This document shows, piece after piece, positions 1 to 9,119 of a stretch of 64,000 nucleotides of DNA. Where the stretch lies: positions 1,835,054 to 1,899,053 of the forward strand of contig OZ253496.1 of assembly GCA_965262115.1 (NCBI GenBank), written 5' to 3'. Under the pieces are notes generated by a model. That model ran no database searches and was not told the origin of the DNA. It was given only the letters and a program-made list of their open reading frames with translations. Source of the stretch: Nitrospinales bacterium. GTDB lineage: Bacteria > Nitrospinota > Nitrospinia > Nitrospinales > VA-1. The stretch's first letter is position 1; every line of letters begins with the position of its first letter. The position numbers were made by a program, and so were the translations under genes.

Positions 1-583
<583 letters not shown>

Positions 584-945
584 CTGCGGGGCATGAAGGC
601 TAATGTTGGGGACACCACAAACACCGATGGACAGAGACAAAAGATTCCCTCCCTTCATATGGAGGGACTTAGGGAGGGTTGGATTGACCGCCCGGAGTTT
701 TGTCATCGCGAATCGCGAAGCGGCGTGGCGACCCAGGTTCTTTCATTGGGAATTGAATTAATATTGCAAGGCTGGATTGCCGCGCTCCTTTTACCCCTTT
801 GGGGCATGAAGGCAAATGAAGAATTTCACACAGTCGCTCGCGATGACAGGAGCAGGGGTTGCTAAACCATTTTCCTGACTTCCCTTCGGGGCATGAAAGC
901 TTTGAAGAATATCACAACTACTGGCCCCACGCTTAGTGGGCGGAG
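584..945. repeat. Intergenic cluster of short hairpin repeats (REP-like F1 x3, CCCTCCC hairpin, GTCATCGCGAA... unit, CCAC..GTGG unit)
   Basis: F1 units in reverse orientation lie at 584-599, 792-812 and 881-899 (TACCCCTTYGGGGCATGAAG). CCCTCCCTTCATATGGAGGGACTTAGGGAGGGTTGG (647-682) recurs at 38543-38578. GTCATCGCGAATCGCGAAGCGGCGTGGCGACCCAGGTTCT (about 702-741) recurs at 27019-27062 and, inverted, at 20488-20525. CCCCACGCTTAGTGGG lies at about 925-940. Confidence 0.85.
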
Positions 946-1055
946 AACCTTCGCAGATAACAGGTCACAACTTCCAGAGTAAATCCCGTCATACTCTCAA
1001 TAATCGCCCCCAACCACTCGTCGATCGTGCTGGCTGAATCTGAGTCTATCTGTGT

Positions 1056-2066
1056 CTAATCCCTGTAAGCGACTCCATGGGTTTCACCATCGGTATCGAC
1101 TTTCATCGTGAGGCTGAGGTCACTGGCGGAGACGATGGCCAGTTTATTTTCATCGCGAATGGCGACGTAGACCGTTTTCCCATCTGAGCTAATGGCTATC
1201 ATATCCGGACGTTGGCCCAGTGCCGTGGTTTTTGTGATCTTGCGACTGGCTGTGTCGATCATGGCAATCTGGCCCAGTTTTCGTTGCCCAACGTAGACGG
1301 TTTTCCCGTCCGGACTGTGGACCAGCCCATGCGGTTCCCCCGGCACATCAATGGAAGCTTCTAACGCGCCAGTGCGTGAGTTCAACAATAATAATTTATT
1401 ATCTGCCGGAGCGGTGAGCCAGAACTGACCCCAGTTTTTAGTCGGTTTTATGGCCATAGCACCTTTGGCACCTTGCCGGGTTCCGGTGACTTTTTTGGAT
1501 TTCACATCTACCACCGAAATATTCCCCGCCCCAGCGTTGACCACATACAACGTGTTTCCATCGGGAGAAAATACAGCAGTGATGGCTTTCTTATCCGTCG
1601 CCATGGTGTGAACGGCTTTCTTTGAGGCGACATCGATGAAGGTGATGTTGCCCGCCCCCACGTTGCAGGAGACAGCAGTCTTACCATCGGGGGAAACAGC
1701 GACATCGTGGGCTTTGGTGTCTGTCACGATATCGGCCAAAATCTCTTTCAACACTGCGTCTATCACAGTGATGCTGTTGGTACCCAGGTTAGCGATGTAG
1801 GCCAGCTTGCCATCCGGGCTGAAGGTAACATTGTGTGCCCCGGCACCTGTGGCTATGGTCTTGACGACTTTGTTGGAACTGGTATCTATGATCTGAACAT
1901 TAGCGCCTTTCATATTGGCGACCCACACTTCACCCGCCATTCCCGGCATCGCCACCGAAAGGAACAGAACCGTAAAAATGGCAACCCCTAACCACGACTG
2001 CCGTCTTTGCTGAAACTTACTTTTTAATTTCCTGCCACTAGAATGGATCTTTTTATCTCCGCACAT
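1056..2066 (-). CDS. Secreted beta-propeller repeat protein (YVTN / cytochrome-d1-like propeller family)
   Basis: Repeated ...V.VID....KVV.TI..G....GVA.SPDGK..YV.N... units run across the ORF, behind an N-terminal hydrophobic signal (WLGVAIFTVLFLSVAMPGMAGE). Start moved to the ATG at 2066, which is preceded by GGAGG. Confidence 0.8.
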   Translation of the reverse strand: MCGDKKIHSSGRKLKSKFQQRRQSWLGVAIFTVLFLSVAMPGMAGEVWVANMKGANVQIIDTSSNKVVKTIATGAGAHNVTFSPDGKLAYIANLGTNSITVIDAVLKEILADIVTDTKAHDVAVSPDGKTAVSCNVGAGNITFIDVASKKAVHTMATDKKAITAVFSPDGNTLYVVNAGAGNISVVDVKSKKVTGTRQGAKGAMAIKPTKNWGQFWLTAPADNKLLLLNSRTGALEASIDVPGEPHGLVHSPDGKTVYVGQRKLGQIAMIDTASRKITKTTALGQRPDMIAISSDGKTVYVAIRDENKLAIVSASDLSLTMKVDTDGETHGVAYRD

Positions 2067-2323
2067 ATTTGCCTCCAGAGAAAATAGATGGTGGATGAAT
2101 TGCGTATCGTTTCTGTTGCGCTTAAAACTGTATTGAACACCTTTATAGTTAGAGTTGCAAGGCAAGAAATAGGATTCAAACTCTCTGATAAAGATAGAGG
2201 GGTAAAAGCGTACCCTTATTGAATTTATTGGGGGAAAAGGTTCTTCATGCGCTCAAACCGTGTGGGTGGCTTGACGGGCAATTACCCACTACCACAGCCA
2301 CTTGGCTGCCTGCGGCTCACCGG

Positions 2324-3016
2324 TTAGTGCGTGTTCAGATTCTGGCCGTCTCTTAATTTGTTGAGGACAGCGGTCATATGGTCGTAACCCATCTGATTTT
2401 CGAGGGCGGAGAAGGTCTCGCGGGCGCGGGTATACCAAAGGATGGCTTCGGGAATATTTTCTTCTTTCTTCCAGTAGATGCGCCCCATATTCTCGAACAG
2501 GACTGCCTGAATCTGATGCGGAGGAACATCTTGCACCAGTTCCACGCCTTTTTTATACCAGTCCCCGGCTGGAGCATGCTCGCCACGCTCCATGAACAAG
2601 TCACCAGCACGGTTCATGGCCCGGGCCTCACCCAATGGATTATTGATTTTATGGTGGTAGTTCATGGCGAGGATGTATTGCACCTCGGCTTCCTGAATTC
2701 TTGTGCGAAACTTATACAGATCGCCTAAAGACTCATAAATCTTCGCGGCTTTTTTCAGTTGGTTTTCTTTTTCATAGGCGGTGATGGCCTTGCCATAGTT
2801 CTCGATGGCGTGGTCAAACTCGTGGTAGAAAAAATTTTCCGATGCCTGTTGCAGGTATCGCCCGGCCTCGTCTTTGGCATCTATCGGGGTGGTGATGGAC
2901 ACGGACTCATCTCTTTGCTTTTTCCCGTGCGGCAGGAGCCAAACAGCAAACCCCATCGTCAACGTCACCACAACAATGAGGAAATATTTCAGCGCTGGTT
3001 TGAGGAAAGATTCCAT
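2324..3016 (-). CDS. Membrane-anchored TPR-repeat protein
   Basis: N-terminal TM segment (YFLIVVVTLTMGFAVWLL) followed by TPR-like A..Y..A / G..Y repeats. Confidence 0.65.
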   Translation of the reverse strand: MESFLKPALKYFLIVVVTLTMGFAVWLLPHGKKQRDESVSITTPIDAKDEAGRYLQQASENFFYHEFDHAIENYGKAITAYEKENQLKKAAKIYESLGDLYKFRTRIQEAEVQYILAMNYHHKINNPLGEARAMNRAGDLFMERGEHAPAGDWYKKGVELVQDVPPHQIQAVLFENMGRIYWKKEENIPEAILWYTRARETFSALENQMGYDHMTAVLNKLRDGQNLNTH

Positions 3017-3115
3017 TAAAGATACCTGATGAATGGGGAAGCAAGTTTCATCAGGTTAACATGAAATAGGGCTAGATTGACCCGGGAAGAATATCAGGCC
3101 TGCGAGGGTCCCCTG

Positions 3116-3499
3116 CTAATTCCCTGCTATGGGTTGCAGCAGAACTTCATGAATTTTTTGGTCAAAGGTTTCGGCGTCGAACGGCTTGACCAGATAATGA
3201 CAAATACCCAGTTTCGACGCGTCCTCCATTTTTTCTTTACAATCTTCCATAGTAATCATGATGAAAGGAATGTCTTTCAGGTCTGGGTCGGTCTGCATTC
3301 CACAAAATAATTCCAGTCCGTTCAAATTAGGCATGTACCGGTCAGAAATAATCAGTTGCATTTTGGCTGAACGCAATGTGGCCAGAGCTTGCTCACCGTC
3401 CTCAGCCTCAAAAATATTTTTGACCTCTAACCGCCCTAAATGATGCCGGATGATCCTCCTCGCAAAGGAAAATATTGGTAACGCGATATTTCCAGGGGG
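3116..3499 (-). pseudogene. CheY-like receiver domain, start codon and acidic pocket missing
   Basis: FSFARRIIRHHLGRLEVKNIFEAEDGEQAL...LIISDRYMPNLNGLELF...VKPF aligns to CheY (DDFSTMRRIV...SDWNMPNMDG...KPF). The open frame runs back to a TAG at 3500-3502 with no ATG/GTG/TTG before the TTG at 3376. The expected DD position reads LPI. Confidence 0.55.
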
Positions 3500-3754
3500 C
3501 TAACTGATGATTTGTTAGTGTTTTACATACATTTTTTTATTGTTTTTTTGGACTACTTTTGAGGTTTATTTTGACTATTGGAGATTGCACCGGTTGAGTA
3601 TAGAATACATCCGCCTTTCATCCGGAGTGTTGTTCCGCGCTTTGTTTGGAAACCTCCAGCTTGTTTGGAGGTCATCGCAACCGAAAACAATCGACTCGCT
3701 TTCCTGAAAAATGTCCTGTCCCGAGACAAACTTCATCAGAGGGGAATTAAATTC

Positions 3755-6286
3755 GTGTTGAGTTTATTTGCCAACGTCTATAAGAAATGGGTGATCGAAA
3801 AACCCCTCGCCAGCCTGATATTGGTTTTGCTGGTGGTGGGTTATTTTTCTTATCATATCCCAAACTTCAAGCTCGATGCCTCCGCTGAATCCCTGGTTCT
3901 GGAAAACGATGACTCCCTGCAATATTACCGGACGATCAGCAAATCTTATGGTTCTGATGATTTCCTAATCATCACTTACGCACCTTTCAAGGATTTGATG
4001 TCCGATGCAGTGCTGGCAGATTTAAAATCGATGAGCGATGAGCTTGCCAAACTGGACCGGGTTCACTCTACAGACAACATCCTCAATGTTCCCCTGCTGA
4101 ACAGCCCACGTGTTGAAATATCCAAACTGGCTACCGATATCCGCACTTTGGAAACTGCCGGTGTAGACCGGGAAATGGCCCGCAAAGAATTTCTGGAAAG
4201 TCCCATTTACAAAAACCTATTATTAAGTCCGGATGGGAAGGTCACGATTATCCGTGTCAATTTCGAACGCGACGAAAAATACTTTTCCCTGATGTATCGG
4301 CGCAATGACCTACGCGACAAAAAAAAGGAGTCTGGCCTCGACAAGGAAGAAGAGGCCTTATACATCAAAACCCGTCAAGAGTTCCGCGATTATCACGCCC
4401 AGGTGCTGGACAGTGAAGACCGGCTCATAAGATCCGTTCGGGACATCATGGACCGGCACCGCGATCAGGCAGAGATGTTTCTTGGCGGGATCCCTATGAT
4501 CACTACGGATATGATCGGCTTCATCGAACACGACCTGAAAACTTTCGGTCTGGGTGTCATAGCCTTCCTTATCCTGATGCTCAGCCTGTTTTTTAAGAAA
4601 AAACGATGGGTTGTATTGCCTATGAGTTGTTGCCTCATAGCCATCTTGGTGATGGTAGGCTTTTTGGGATTAATGGATTGGAGGGTCACGGTGATTTCTT
4701 CTAATTTCATTTCTATTCTGCTTATCATCACCATGTCCCTGACCGTACACTTGATCGTGAGGTATCAGGGTTTAAACGATAACAACCCGGGCCAAAGCCA
4801 GAAAGAGCTGGTATGGCAGACGGTTCGTCTCATGGTTCAGCCCTGTTTTTATACTGCCATCACAACCATCGTCGCTTTTTGTTCCCTCCTGGTGAGCGGC
4901 ATTCGCCCGGTGATCGATTTCGGCTGGATCATGACCAGCGGAATTTCACTGGCCTTTATCTTAATTTTTATATTTTTTCCGGCGGCGCTGGTTTTATTGC
5001 CTCCTGAGCCTCCCGGGTCCGGCAAGGACAGAACAAAAAGTTTCACTCTGTCTATTGCGGCATTTTCAAATCGCAACCGCAATGCAATTCTTTTTGGATC
5101 GTTGTTACTGGCAATGGTTAGCGCTATCGGGATTTCCAAACTGGAAGTGGAAAACCGTTTCATCGACCATTTTAAAAGCAACACCGAAATCTATCGGGGA
5201 ATGGAAGTGATCGACCAGCAGTTGGGAGGCACCACGCCGCTCGACATTGTTATGAATCCAGACCAGAAGTATTTTGATTATCTCAAAGAAGCCAATGAGA
5301 AGAATAGAGAGGAAGAAGACATTTTTGATGGTGATCCTTTCGCCGAAGCATCGGAGGAAGTGGAAAACAATTATTGGTTCAACTCCAATATGCTCGACCG
5401 GGTAGAAAAAATTCATGACTACCTGGAAAGCCTGCCGGAGGTGGGCAAAGTCCAATCCATATCCACTCTGGTCAAAGTCTTCACGCAACTGGACAAGGGC
5501 AGGAAGCCAGACGATTATGATCTGGCGCTGATCCGCAAACTCATGCCTGATAATGTTAAGGATTCTCTGGTCAACCCTTACCTGTCTCCAGATGCAAACC
5601 AGATTCATATCAATATGAGGTTGATCGAATCTGACCCCACCCTGAGACGTTCTCAACTGATAGAAAAAATCCGCACCCATCTTGTTGAAGAATTAAAGTT
5701 CGATCCCAAGACCATCCATTTCACAGGGATGGTGGTGCTTTATAACAATATGCTGCAGAGCCTGTATCGGTCACAGATACTCACCATCGGCGTGGTTTTT
5801 TTCGCCATCATGTTCATGTTCATGATTTTGTTCAGAAGTGTGTCATTGGCGTTGATCGGCATCGTTCCCAACCTTCTTGCCGCAGGAACGGTATTGAGCC
5901 TCATGGGCTGGCTGGGCATTCCCCTGGACATGATGACAATTACTATCGCGGCCATCACGTTAGGAATAGCAGTAGACAATACCATTCATTACATCCACCG
6001 GTTTCAAAGGGAATTTAAGGTTGACCAGAATTATCTGGCCGCGATGGACCGGTGCCACGGCAGCATCGGCAAAGCCATGTACTACACCTCCGTGACCATT
6101 ACCCTTGGTTTTTCTATCCTGGCGCTTTCGGAGTTCATGCCCACCATCTATTTCGGCCTGCTGACCGGCACAGCGATGGTGGTGGCCCTGATCGGCGCTC
6201 TCACCCTGCTGCCACTTTTGATTGTTGTCTTCCGCCCCCTCGGCTCCTCGGCGGGAGGGCCAATGAGCATGGGCTCGTTTGTTTAG
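3755..6286 (+). CDS. RND-superfamily (MMPL/HpnN-like, SSD-type) membrane exporter
   Basis: Two blocks of about 6 TM helices each follow a large soluble loop, the typical MMPL/RND topology. Start placed at GTG 3755 (KFVLSLFANVYKKWVIEKP), 10 nt after AGAGGGGA. The ORF is open from 3578. Confidence 0.8.
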   Translation: MLSLFANVYKKWVIEKPLASLILVLLVVGYFSYHIPNFKLDASAESLVLENDDSLQYYRTISKSYGSDDFLIITYAPFKDLMSDAVLADLKSMSDELAKLDRVHSTDNILNVPLLNSPRVEISKLATDIRTLETAGVDREMARKEFLESPIYKNLLLSPDGKVTIIRVNFERDEKYFSLMYRRNDLRDKKKESGLDKEEEALYIKTRQEFRDYHAQVLDSEDRLIRSVRDIMDRHRDQAEMFLGGIPMITTDMIGFIEHDLKTFGLGVIAFLILMLSLFFKKKRWVVLPMSCCLIAILVMVGFLGLMDWRVTVISSNFISILLIITMSLTVHLIVRYQGLNDNNPGQSQKELVWQTVRLMVQPCFYTAITTIVAFCSLLVSGIRPVIDFGWIMTSGISLAFILIFIFFPAALVLLPPEPPGSGKDRTKSFTLSIAAFSNRNRNAILFGSLLLAMVSAIGISKLEVENRFIDHFKSNTEIYRGMEVIDQQLGGTTPLDIVMNPDQKYFDYLKEANEKNREEEDIFDGDPFAEASEEVENNYWFNSNMLDRVEKIHDYLESLPEVGKVQSISTLVKVFTQLDKGRKPDDYDLALIRKLMPDNVKDSLVNPYLSPDANQIHINMRLIESDPTLRRSQLIEKIRTHLVEELKFDPKTIHFTGMVVLYNNMLQSLYRSQILTIGVVFFAIMFMFMILFRSVSLALIGIVPNLLAAGTVLSLMGWLGIPLDMMTITIAAITLGIAVDNTIHYIHRFQREFKVDQNYLAAMDRCHGSIGKAMYYTSVTITLGFSILALSEFMPTIYFGLLTGTAMVVALIGALTLLPLLIVVFRPLGSSAGGPMSMGSFV

Positions 6287-6317
6287 ACGAGATGACTTTT
6301 CTCTAGCTAAACAAAGT

Positions 6318-6535
6318 TATTGCCAGCTACCCCCACGGTTAGTGGCCGGGCGACGCCCGGTGGAAATTAGCAACCGCTAGGCGTGGGGGCTGATCCCCCT
6401 CCAAAAACTTCATGCCTCGGAGGGGTACTTCGTAAAAGGGGGATTCATGGACCCCTCTTTTTTAAAGACTCAAGCCCGATAGTGTGAGGGCTTGATGGCT
6501 GGGGTGATTTACAACCTCTCATGCAATATGTGGGC
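6318..6535. repeat. Intergenic repeat cluster (CCAC..GTGG/CTAGCAA units, F1 unit, other shared hairpins)
   Basis: F1 CTTCATGCCTCGGAGGGGTA (6408-6427) plus TACTTCGTAAAAGGGGGATTCATGGA matches 18080-18125. AAAGACTCAAGCCCGATAGTGTGAGGGCTTGATGGC (about 6466-6499) matches about 19711-19741. GATTTACAACCTCTCATGCAATATGT matches 18373-18402. Confidence 0.8.
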
Positions 6536-6591
6536 TTGCAGAACGCTACATCAGTAGTTGGAAGGGGATCATCCTCAGCTGGGTACTATGT

Positions 6592-7044
6592 TCACGTCTT
6601 TAGCACAATATCCCTAACATCATCGACTGACCAATTAGAAGCTCCCGGTAGCTCTTGGGCAAGTAAAATAAATATCAACATATAAAGATGGCTGCGCAAA
6701 TACTCTCCTTCGTTGTTCCCAAATACTTGAGCCTCTTCAAATAAAATTTTTATATATTCGAGAATTTTTAAGAAATCAAAATTCAGAAATTGATTCGATT
6801 CAATCTCGCTAGAATCAAAGATGGCTTTAGCCTTGTCTTCACAAGACAAACCATATCTTATAGATAAATTATGGAATCTAGTTATACTTTCCGATCCAAG
6901 CTCAGATTCTACAAGTTCTTGACGAATTTCAACGGCATTTCTAAGAGAATGTACCCCTCTTCTAGTTTCCCATGTCTTTTCAAATTCCATCAGATTTTCG
7001 GCAAACCCATCAAATGTCTTATCCAATTTCATAATGTTCTCCAA
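6592..7044 (-). CDS. Hypothetical protein (150 aa), AT-rich cassette gene 2
   Basis: Long ORF lying 12 nt downstream of the 7057-7491 gene on the same strand. No motif recognised. Visibly more AT-rich than the flanks (by eye). Confidence 0.6.
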   Translation of the reverse strand: MENIMKLDKTFDGFAENLMEFEKTWETRRGVHSLRNAVEIRQELVESELGSESITRFHNLSIRYGLSCEDKAKAIFDSSEIESNQFLNFDFLKILEYIKILFEEAQVFGNNEGEYLRSHLYMLIFILLAQELPGASNWSVDDVRDIVLKT

Positions 7045-7056
7045 ATACGGTATCTT

Positions 7057-7491
7057 CTATTCAGCAACTCTTAATTTGTCTGACAAAATCCATTCTTGAT
7101 CATTTGGTCGTTTGATATAGATATCTCTCCATGCATTTCGGCTTGTTCCCGTAACCAAACGGGTAAACTCGCTGGGACTAACTTCCTTCCCATCAAAAAT
7201 AATTTGATTCCCCTGAACTGCAGCATAATACGTCTCCCCTGTATATTTCATGCTCAATAATGTTCCGTTTGGCATGAACACATTTTTCCAATGATAACCT
7301 TTGTCGGCTTGCCTTGGTCTGGCCGGTTCTAGCAACTCTTCCTTCCATGAAGCATTTTGTACCCAATAATCAATAGCAAACTCTATTGCTTCTACTGGAT
7401 CGTACTCACTCTTCTCCTCATGTAAAAATTCGGCTAGATTTAAAAACTGTGACGTTTCAATTGGAATGCTGATAAAGCTTTTTGTATTCAT
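7057..7491 (-). CDS. Hypothetical protein (144 aa) with a DUF4357-like C-terminal SPS...N(A/G)W motif
   Basis: GYHWKNVFMPNGTLL..Y.GETYYAAV.GNQIIFDGKEVSPSEFTRLVTGTSRNAWRDIYIK resembles the small C-terminal module (SPS ... NGW..W) seen on restriction/GIY-YIG-associated proteins. GGGGGA lies 6 nt before the ATG. Confidence 0.6.
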   Translation of the reverse strand: MNTKSFISIPIETSQFLNLAEFLHEEKSEYDPVEAIEFAIDYWVQNASWKEELLEPARPRQADKGYHWKNVFMPNGTLLSMKYTGETYYAAVQGNQIIFDGKEVSPSEFTRLVTGTSRNAWRDIYIKRPNDQEWILSDKLRVAE

Positions 7492-7528
7492 GTGGATCCC
7501 CCATAGCCAAGATTATAGTTCTTTCAAG

Positions 7529-7556
7529 AGTATAACAGTATATTTACGTGTATCAA
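7529..7556 (-). promoter_or_regulatory. Sigma70-like promoter candidate for the 7491-6592 cassette
   Basis: The minus strand reads TTGATA (7556-7551), a 16-nt spacer, then TATACT (7534-7529), about 40 nt upstream of the ATG at 7491. Confidence 0.3.
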
Positions 7557-7639
7557 TGCTAAAAATTAAGTATTTAGACTATTTATTGCTATTTATGTGG
7601 AAGATGTTCCCAAACTGGTACTAAAGTGCGGTATTACCA

Positions 7640-7835
7640 GGTAAGTGAGGCGAGGCCTGCCCCTTCGATGTGACTTGAGGGGGATTTTATTAAAAGCAAC
7701 CCCCCTGGTTACCCCTCCGGAGCACGAAGATTAAGGAAAAATATCACGACCGCTCAGCATGACAATTCAACCCCCCTCAGTCCCCCCTTATCATGGGGGG
7801 AGGCTTTTTTCACTGCGTCCAGCGTCACGCTGGTA
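7640..7835. repeat. Intergenic repeat cluster
   Basis: F1 in reverse orientation (TACCCCTCCGGAGCACGAAG, 7710-7729) with tail TTAAGGAAAAATATCAC. CCCCCCTCAGTCCCCCCTTATCATGGGGGG matches 20528-20566. GTCCAGCGTCACGCTGG (7816-7832) matches 46388-46404. Confidence 0.8.
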
Positions 7836-7903
7836 GCCACATGCCTTATGAGGTGAAAAACAAACTTAACTGATTATCTTTTACCCAAGGGTTAGTGCGG
7901 TTA

Positions 7904-8953
7904 TCAATCCTTTATTCTCTGCACGTAATAGGTTCCGCGTCCTTTGCTTTTAGTTTCGATGAAGCCTGAATCGAGCAGTTTTTCAAAATCCAGTTTGCGG
8001 GAAGCAAGGCTACGAGAGGAAATGACTCCGTATTCGCGTTGCGTGATACTGTCATGCTTGCTGATGTAGTCCAGAATTTGATGATGGTGCGGTTCCAAAC
8101 GCGGCTGGGGGTTCAGGCTTTCGGGCAGTACTTTCCGTACCCGCCGCAATTCATCCAAAATACCGTCTGCAAAATATTCCAGCCACTTGGTAAAATCTAT
8201 CGCCCCCTTTAATTCGTAATAATCGCCCTGAAGCCCGACAGCTTTAAAATAACGCATGATGTTCTGATTATAATAATTTTCAAAACTGAAGACCCCGAAC
8301 AGATCCAGACCCGCCCTGCCCAGGATCGCGGTGGTCAGAAGCCGGGTGGTGCGCCCGTTCCCATCCATAAAGGGATGGATGATGACACTTTGCCGATGAA
8401 ACAACCCGGCCAGAATTACCGGTTCAACCTTGCCAATCTTTTTATTGATAAAATCTATGAGATCAGATGTCAGTTCCCGGACATCTTTTACATCTGGTGG
8501 CATGAAAACAATTTCATCCGGTTTGCGTGGGTTGCGGATGATAACGGGCGTTTTACGCAAATGACCGCAGTCGGCAGGATTATCCATCAAGCCGCTAACG
8601 ACTTGGGCCTGTACTTTTTCAAGTGTTGCAATATTCAATTTGAATGTTTTCGACTTCACCGCCTTGTAGAGCCTTTGCAGAGCCTGATTGTAATTGAGCA
8701 CTTCGCGTTCCGTGTCGCGAATGCGAGTAGTTTTGGCCTTCAGCAGTCGTTTGACATCGGTGAGAGGCAATGGGTTGCCCTCAATACTGGTGGAGGCGTA
8801 AGAAGATAGTTCTCTGGCATTTAGTTCCAACTTGGCCAGTGCTTTGCCCGTGAAGTTGAAGCTTTTGATCTCGCCAATGGCTTCCCCTATCTCGCGGATG
8901 ATGAGCAAAAGCTTGTCGGTAATCGTATATTGCGGTGACCAGACCATAACCAT
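7904..8953 (-). CDS. fic: Fic-family protein (AMPylase type) with N-terminal inhibitory motif and C-terminal wHTH
   Basis: Fic motif HPFMDGNGRTTRLL. (S/T)xxxE(G/N) inhibitory motif STSIEGN near the N-terminus. C-terminal ILDYISKH..ITQREY...SRSLASRKL resembles a winged helix. Confidence 0.9.
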   Translation of the reverse strand: MVMVWSPQYTITDKLLLIIREIGEAIGEIKSFNFTGKALAKLELNARELSSYASTSIEGNPLPLTDVKRLLKAKTTRIRDTEREVLNYNQALQRLYKAVKSKTFKLNIATLEKVQAQVVSGLMDNPADCGHLRKTPVIIRNPRKPDEIVFMPPDVKDVRELTSDLIDFINKKIGKVEPVILAGLFHRQSVIIHPFMDGNGRTTRLLTTAILGRAGLDLFGVFSFENYYNQNIMRYFKAVGLQGDYYELKGAIDFTKWLEYFADGILDELRRVRKVLPESLNPQPRLEPHHHQILDYISKHDSITQREYGVISSRSLASRKLDFEKLLDSGFIETKSKGRGTYYVQRIKD

Positions 8954-8956
8954 AAG

Positions 8957-9040
8957 TTAGCCGTAAATTAGCCAAAAAGCAACGGCTAAAATCACACTTG
9001 GCTAATAAATGACTAGCCGCAATATAGCCATAATTTAGCC
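8957..9040. promoter_or_regulatory. Array of seven TAGCC/GGCTA pentamers, 11-bp phased, upstream of fic
   Basis: TAGCC at 8958, 8969, 9014, 9025 and 9036 (11-bp steps within each group). The inverted form GGCTA lies at 8984-8988 and 9000-9004. The array starts immediately 5' of the fic start (8953, minus strand). Confidence 0.5.
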
Positions 9041-9119
9041 GATTAACCCATCCTCGCGGCAGGGGGGCAACGAGCAATAACCCCCTCAAGCCGAGACAAA
9101 CATTTCTAGCAAATAAAAG

